Notes under the pieces: generated by a model
What the model was told of the DNA's origin: nothing
The model's database searches: none
Seen by the model: the letters and a program-made list of their open reading frames with translations, nothing else
Made by a program: the position numbers and the translations under genes
DNA from: an uncultured Clostridia bacterium
GTDB lineage: Bacteria; Bacillota; Clostridia; Oscillospirales; JAAYOS01
DNA: 45,702 nt
Reading direction: 5' to 3'
Assembly (NCBI GenBank): GCA_946566645.1
Contig: CAMNWZ010000001.1
Location: 1-45,702 of the forward strand
In this document: positions 41,737-45,702 of the stretch, piece after piece
Layout: every line of letters starts with the position of its first letter
Position numbering within the stretch: the first letter of the stretch is position 1

Positions 41737-44019
41737 ATGAAGAAAAAGATCCTTGCGCTGATGCTTGCGGCAGTTATGGTCGTGGGACTCACGCCCGCAG
41801 TGTCCGCCGCGAACTTCAGCGACGTCGCGGGACGCTGGTCCGAGCCGTACATCGCGGACATGACCGAGCTTGGGCTGTACAAGGGCTACGACGACGGTCT
41901 GTTCCATCCGACCGACCCGCTCACCACGGCGCAGGCGATATCCATCTGCGTGCGCATGTGCGGGTTTGACGAGGAGATCTACGAGCGCGCGTCGAAGGAG
42001 ATAGAACCGGAGGTCTACTTCGCGGTAAACGGCAAGCAGAACTGGTTCCACAGCGACTTTGCCGTGGGCGTCAAGGCGGGCATCGTCACCCTCGACGAGC
42101 TGCGCTCGCTCGAGCAGAGCGGCAAGCTGGCGGGAGCGCTGACGCGCGAGGAGTTCAGCGAGTATCTCGTCCGCGCGATGCAGCTCAGTCTGCCGCGGGA
42201 CACCTCCGAGCTTGACTTCGTCGACGCCGCCGACATAGCGGATGTCTATCGCATTCCGGTAAAGATGCTCAGCTCGATGGGCATTGTCGTAGGCTCGCTC
42301 GACAACGGGCTGATACGCTTCAACCCGAAGAACACGATAAAGCGCGAGGACTCGGCGACGATGTTCAGCCGCGCGGTGCAGTACATTGACGCGAACGAGA
42401 TGATAATCGAGGTCTACGACTACGCGGTATACGGCGTGAAGTCGGGCAAGATAGTCGGTTTTGAGAACTCGGCGCTGACGATAGAGAACGCGTTCGGCGC
42501 GAAGGAGCAGATAGCCATACCCTCCACCGCCGGCGTGTACGAGGACAACATCAAGGCGAGCGCGGTGAACATCGAGGCGGGACGCTGGGCGCGTGTCTGC
42601 TCCAACGCCGCGGGAGTGTTCGCGGTGCGCCTCTACGACGGCGACGCTACGCAGTATGCGGGCGAGCTTCGCTCGTACGACGGCGAGAGCGTGACCTTCA
42701 ACACCGGCACGCGCAACGTGACCCTTCCGCTCGACCGCGCGACCGTGTTCTCGGTGGGCGGCATAACCGGAGGCAGCGAGCTTTACGACGAGGACGCGGG
42801 CTACGAGTCGGTGCTCGCGACCGTCGACCCGAGCGGACGCCTTGTCGCGCTCGAGCTTGAGGGCGGCAGCCGCGCCGAGAGCCTGTTCCTCCGCTCGGCA
42901 AACGACGACGGGACGTACACCGTCGCGGCGCACAACGGCGTCGAGCGCAAGGTGAAGCTTGCGAAGGACGCGGCAGTCGAGCTTCCCAAGGACGTAAAGA
43001 CGCTCGGCTCGTCGGCGAACATCGGCAAGCGGCTGGACGTCCGCGTGGACAACACCACCGGCGAGCTTATCGAGGTCGTGGTGGACGGCGCGGGCAAGTA
43101 TGTCCAGGGCGGATTTGTCCGCACGAACATCCGCACAAACTCGCGCACGATAACCATCGAGGACACCCGTACCGGCAGCACGAACGGATACAAGATGTCG
43201 GCGGACGTGGCGGTCAGCTACGAGGGTAAGGAGATAAAGATAGGCGACCTCGAGGCGGGTCAGTTCGTGACCCTCACCTTCGACGGCGACACGGTCGTCG
43301 GCATCGAGGCGTATCAGGGCAGCAGCGAGTTTGAGGGCACGCTCCGCTCGATAAGCTACGGCAAGACGATAAGTTTCTCGGTGGAGAGCGATCTCGGCGA
43401 GACGCGCGAGTACAGCTTCGCCGCGACCGAGATGCCTCAGATAAAGCGCGGAAACCGCGTGATAACCGCCGACAAGCTGCGCGAGGGCGACACCCTCAAG
43501 ATCTTCGAGAAGTACTCCAAGATAACCAACATCGAGGCGTCGGTCGCGGAGGCTGACTTCAACGCGGTGGTGGAGGGCATTTCGATAACCGGTTCGGGCA
43601 CGACGGTGACGCTCAAGCTGGACGAGACCGGCGAGACGGTCAGCTACCCGCTGTCGACCACCGCCGAGATACTTTCGGGCGAGACGGCGACCACCGTCTC
43701 GGCTATCCAGGGCATGAAGGTGGCGGTGACGCTCGGCGGAAGCGAGATAGTCGCCATATCGGTCACCGGCGCGGCGACCACCAGCGGTCAGTACGAGGGA
43801 ACGATAGCGTTCATAAACGGCGCGCTGCGCGAGATGCTTGTCACGCTGGATAACGGCAGCCAGATGAACGTCGACGTGCCGTACAGCGCGAGCGTGTTCT
43901 CGAACGGCGGCGCGGTCAAGTCGAGCTTTGACGAGCTGGAGGCGGAGGACGTAGTGACCCTCTACGGCGAGATGAGCGCCGACGGCAGATTCACCGCGAA
44001 CATCATAATCAAGAAGTGA
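41737..44019 (+). CDS. SLH-domain cell-surface protein (N-terminal SLH triplet, long beta-rich C-terminal region)
   Basis: 760 aa. Signal peptide ending AVSA. FSDVAGRWSEPYIADMTELGLYKGYDDGLFHP and two further SLH repeats. RBS AGGAGG. Confidence 0.88.
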   Translation: MKKKILALMLAAVMVVGLTPAVSAANFSDVAGRWSEPYIADMTELGLYKGYDDGLFHPTDPLTTAQAISICVRMCGFDEEIYERASKEIEPEVYFAVNGKQNWFHSDFAVGVKAGIVTLDELRSLEQSGKLAGALTREEFSEYLVRAMQLSLPRDTSELDFVDAADIADVYRIPVKMLSSMGIVVGSLDNGLIRFNPKNTIKREDSATMFSRAVQYIDANEMIIEVYDYAVYGVKSGKIVGFENSALTIENAFGAKEQIAIPSTAGVYEDNIKASAVNIEAGRWARVCSNAAGVFAVRLYDGDATQYAGELRSYDGESVTFNTGTRNVTLPLDRATVFSVGGITGGSELYDEDAGYESVLATVDPSGRLVALELEGGSRAESLFLRSANDDGTYTVAAHNGVERKVKLAKDAAVELPKDVKTLGSSANIGKRLDVRVDNTTGELIEVVVDGAGKYVQGGFVRTNIRTNSRTITIEDTRTGSTNGYKMSADVAVSYEGKEIKIGDLEAGQFVTLTFDGDTVVGIEAYQGSSEFEGTLRSISYGKTISFSVESDLGETREYSFAATEMPQIKRGNRVITADKLREGDTLKIFEKYSKITNIEASVAEADFNAVVEGISITGSGTTVTLKLDETGETVSYPLSTTAEILSGETATTVSAIQGMKVAVTLGGSEIVAISVTGAATTSGQYEGTIAFINGALREMLVTLDNGSQMNVDVPYSASVFSNGGAVKSSFDELEAEDVVTLYGEMSADGRFTANIIIKK

Positions 44020-44027
44020 GGTGCCCG

Positions 44028-44507
44028 ATGGAACGCAGAGACAAGATAAACTACTATCTCGACATAGCGGACACCGTCTGCGAGCGCAGCACCTGCCTTC
44101 GCATCCACTACGGCGCGATAATCGTGCGCGACGACGAGATAGTGTCGACAGGATACAACGGCGCGCCGCGCGGTCGCAAGAATTGCTCGGACATCGGCGG
44201 CTGCTACCGCGAGATGAACAACATCCCGTCGGGCGAGCGCTATGAGCTGTGCCGCTCGGTGCACGCCGAGGCGAACGCGATAATCTCGGCTGAGCGGCGG
44301 GATATGCTCGGCGCGGAGCTCTACCTCGCGGCGCGGGACGCCAAGACCGGAGAATTGCTGAGCGGCCGCACGAGCTGCTCGATGTGCCGTCGTCTGGTGA
44401 TAAACGCGGGCATAAAGCGGGTGTACATCCGCGAGAGCGAGACCGAGTATTCGGTCGTGGACGTCCAGAAGGACTGGATAGACGAGGACGACAGCCTGCG
44501 GATGTGA
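44028..44507 (+). CDS. dCMP/cytidine deaminase family protein (ComEB-like)
   Basis: SVHAEANAI zinc-binding motif and SCSMCRRLVINAGI (CxxC). ATG at 44028 follows GAGGTG. Confidence 0.88.
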   Translation: MERRDKINYYLDIADTVCERSTCLRIHYGAIIVRDDEIVSTGYNGAPRGRKNCSDIGGCYREMNNIPSGERYELCRSVHAEANAIISAERRDMLGAELYLAARDAKTGELLSGRTSCSMCRRLVINAGIKRVYIRESETEYSVVDVQKDWIDEDDSLRM

Positions 44508-44526
44508 CAGCGAAAAGGGTATAAAT

Positions 44527-44553
44527 AAAGACGAGCCGAAAGGCTCGTCTTTT
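44527..44553. terminator. Hairpin terminator, copy 1 of a 27-nt direct repeat
   Basis: AAAGACGAGCC-GAAA-GGCTCGTCTTTT. Serves the deaminase gene (+) and the RHH gene (-). Confidence 0.8.
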
Positions 44554-44720
44554 TACTCCTGCTCCCAGTTTTCGAGTGCGTAGGCTATCATCTGGTTTAT
44601 AAGTTCGTTTCGGCTGATATTGATTTTGCCCGCTCTCCTGTCTATCTCGTGCAGCACATCGGACAGGATGCGCACCGATATTACCTCTTTCTCCGTCTGT
44701 CGGGGTACAAATTTCGCCAA
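44553..44720 (-). CDS. Ribbon-helix-helix (CopG/Arc-like) protein, 55 aa, not in the supplied ORF track
   Basis: My translation of the minus strand: TTG start at 44720 after GAGGGTGGTGAG, giving MAKFVPRQTEKEVISVRILSDVLHEIDRRAGKINISRNELINQMIAYALENWEQE, then TAA at 44553-44555. The pattern is beta-strand (ISVRI), helix, loop, helix (SRNELINQMIAYAL), which is typical of RHH proteins. Confidence 0.6.
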   Translation of the reverse strand: MAKFVPRQTEKEVISVRILSDVLHEIDRRAGKINISRNELINQMIAYALENWEQE

Positions 44721-44820
44721 AATAACTCACCACCCTCTTGACTATTGTACCTCAAAGTGATAGGATATTATATGTTCTAAATGTATGGCTAATTAGAATA
44801 CGATTTAGGGGGTAATTTCG

Positions 44821-45108
44821 ATGTGCTTAGTAAATAAGGTTGCGAAAGTTGTGTTCGCTCTCGGAATAGTAATAGGCATAATCGGATTATCGAGCGGCAT
44901 TGTCTTTGCCGTCTTGTTCGGAAATATACTGTCCCTCATTTGGTTTACCCTTGCGGGCATAGGCGGCTTCGGGCTCTTTCTCGTCCTCGCGAATATCCTG
45001 GACTATCTCAACACCATCTACATAAGAGTTCATTTGTTTGCCAACGACTTTAGCGACTATACAGATCACTATACACATCATAGTACACGCAGAAAATACT
45101 GGTACTGA
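44821..45108 (+). CDS. Small hydrophobic membrane protein (95 aa, 2-3 TM), AT-richer than surroundings
   Basis: VVFALGIVIGIIGLSSGIVFAVLF and FTLAGIGGFGLFLVLANIL helices. RBS GGGGG 9 nt upstream. Candidate promoter TTGACT, 17 nt spacer, TAGGAT at 44738-44766. Terminator immediately after the stop. Confidence 0.55.
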   Translation: MCLVNKVAKVVFALGIVIGIIGLSSGIVFAVLFGNILSLIWFTLAGIGGFGLFLVLANILDYLNTIYIRVHLFANDFSDYTDHYTHHSTRRKYWY

Positions 45109-45135
45109 AAAGACGAGCCGAAAGGCTCGTCTTTT
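45109..45135. terminator. Hairpin terminator, copy 2 of the 27-nt direct repeat
   Basis: Identical AAAGACGAGCCGAAAGGCTCGTCTTTT. Lies between the membrane-protein gene (+) and the SLOG gene (-). Confidence 0.8.
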
Positions 45136-45147
45136 GTTTCGCTTTTT

Positions 45148-45627
45148 TCACGCCACGTTCACGATTTGCAGCCCACGCCCTCGCGCCATCTCCACCGTCT
45201 GCGATGTGCCGCTCCGTCCGGCGTTTGCCAGATAGCACACGCACACGCTCGCGTGCTCGACCATCCATCGGTTGCGCGCCGCGTAGACCCCCGACGAGTA
45301 GTGCTCGTGCAGCGTCACCACGTCGTCCGCAAGCTCGATAAGCTCGGCAAGCTGATGCTTGTCGCCGACCGAGAACTTCGAGTCGTGACCGCGAAAGGGG
45401 AGCGCGAGCACCAGCTTCATGTCGGGACAGGTGAGCTTCAGCTCGCACACGACCTGCGCCGCGAGCATGTCGAACCCGATCGCCCCGCCCGCGATGAAGG
45501 TGCGGTAGCCGCGCGCGTAGAGCGCCTGGGTGTGTCCGAGCGTCGCCTTCCACAGAAGCTCGCGGTCGCGCTCGGGTATTAGGCGGTGTCCGGTGTAGCA
45601 GACCGCTGTCGAACGTGAGAAGTCCAT
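45148..45627 (-). CDS. SLOG-superfamily protein, DUF1273/YpsA-like
   Basis: 159 aa. CYTGHR..., RTFIAGGAIGFDMLAAQVVCELK, and the late GRSGTSQTVEMA block resemble the YpsA/YoqJ family. Confidence 0.65.
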   Translation of the reverse strand: MDFSRSTAVCYTGHRLIPERDRELLWKATLGHTQALYARGYRTFIAGGAIGFDMLAAQVVCELKLTCPDMKLVLALPFRGHDSKFSVGDKHQLAELIELADDVVTLHEHYSSGVYAARNRWMVEHASVCVCYLANAGRSGTSQTVEMARGRGLQIVNVA

Positions 45628-45702
45628 CAGTTCATCTGCTTGCGGCGGGAGAGGTTCATCGTGCCGTCCTGCATGACGCTTATCCAGTCCAGGCTCTTGC
45701 CG
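45627..45702 (-). CDS. 3' end of an unidentified CDS running off the window
   Basis: The minus-strand frame ends GKSLDWISVMQDGTMNLSRRKQMN then TGA. The TGA overlaps the ATG of the SLOG gene (TGATG). Confidence 0.4.
   Translation of the reverse strand, partial: GKSLDWISVMQDGTMNLSRRKQMN

Noticed and set aside
41683-44733. 1016-aa minus-strand ORF
   Set aside because: It is antisense to the 760-aa SLH protein and the deaminase and reads through a strong terminator. Its 5' end only coincidentally overlaps the real 55-aa RHH gene, which is in another frame.

Overview
GC-rich chromosomal segment that reads like a monoderm anaerobe of the class Clostridia. Supporting signs are three SLH-anchored surface proteins, a GlgD-containing glycogen operon, DUF3048/DUF3810/DUF4364-type families, AGGAGG-type RBSs and near-consensus sigma-A promoters. 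The taxon is an inference only. I support about 46 protein-coding genes, 2 tRNAs, several hairpin terminators and a set of promoter candidates. Most long ORFs in the six-frame track are antisense shadows typical of high-GC DNA. Content in order: SLH protein (5' truncated); glycogen genes pduL-glgB-glgC-glgD-glgA (minus strand) with a separate glgP; an orphan XRE / XRE / mini-ImmA regulatory module; lepA-hemW-DUF3810. Next come the GH31 alpha-xylosidase, a small helical protein plus a sigma region-4-only protein, a 2-hydroxyacid dehydrogenase overlapping a GH29 fucosidase, and a VanW protein. Then comes the most unusual part (25.8-32.1 kb): a SARP/BTAD regulator fused to a degenerate GGDEF domain, followed by a tightly translationally coupled operon. 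That operon encodes a transglutaminase-like exoprotein, a GspF/PilC platform protein, four small pilin-like membrane proteins with non-canonical leaders, and a PilT-family ATPase. No PilB-type ATPase or prepilin peptidase is in view. After that: tRNA-Leu/tRNA-Gly with repeated palindromic elements, Ldh_2 oxidoreductase, malic enzyme, a cadherin-like SLH protein, rodA/ftsW-tsaE-tsaB-upp, DUF4364, DUF3048, another SLH protein and dCMP deaminase. The window ends with a small AT-richer islet bounded by a duplicated 27-nt terminator. The islet carries a 55-aa ribbon-helix-helix gene that is absent from the ORF track and a 95-aa membrane protein, and it is followed by a YpsA-like SLOG protein. No CRISPR array, transposase, integrase or rRNA was seen. 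All family assignments come from motif recognition by eye; no searches were run.
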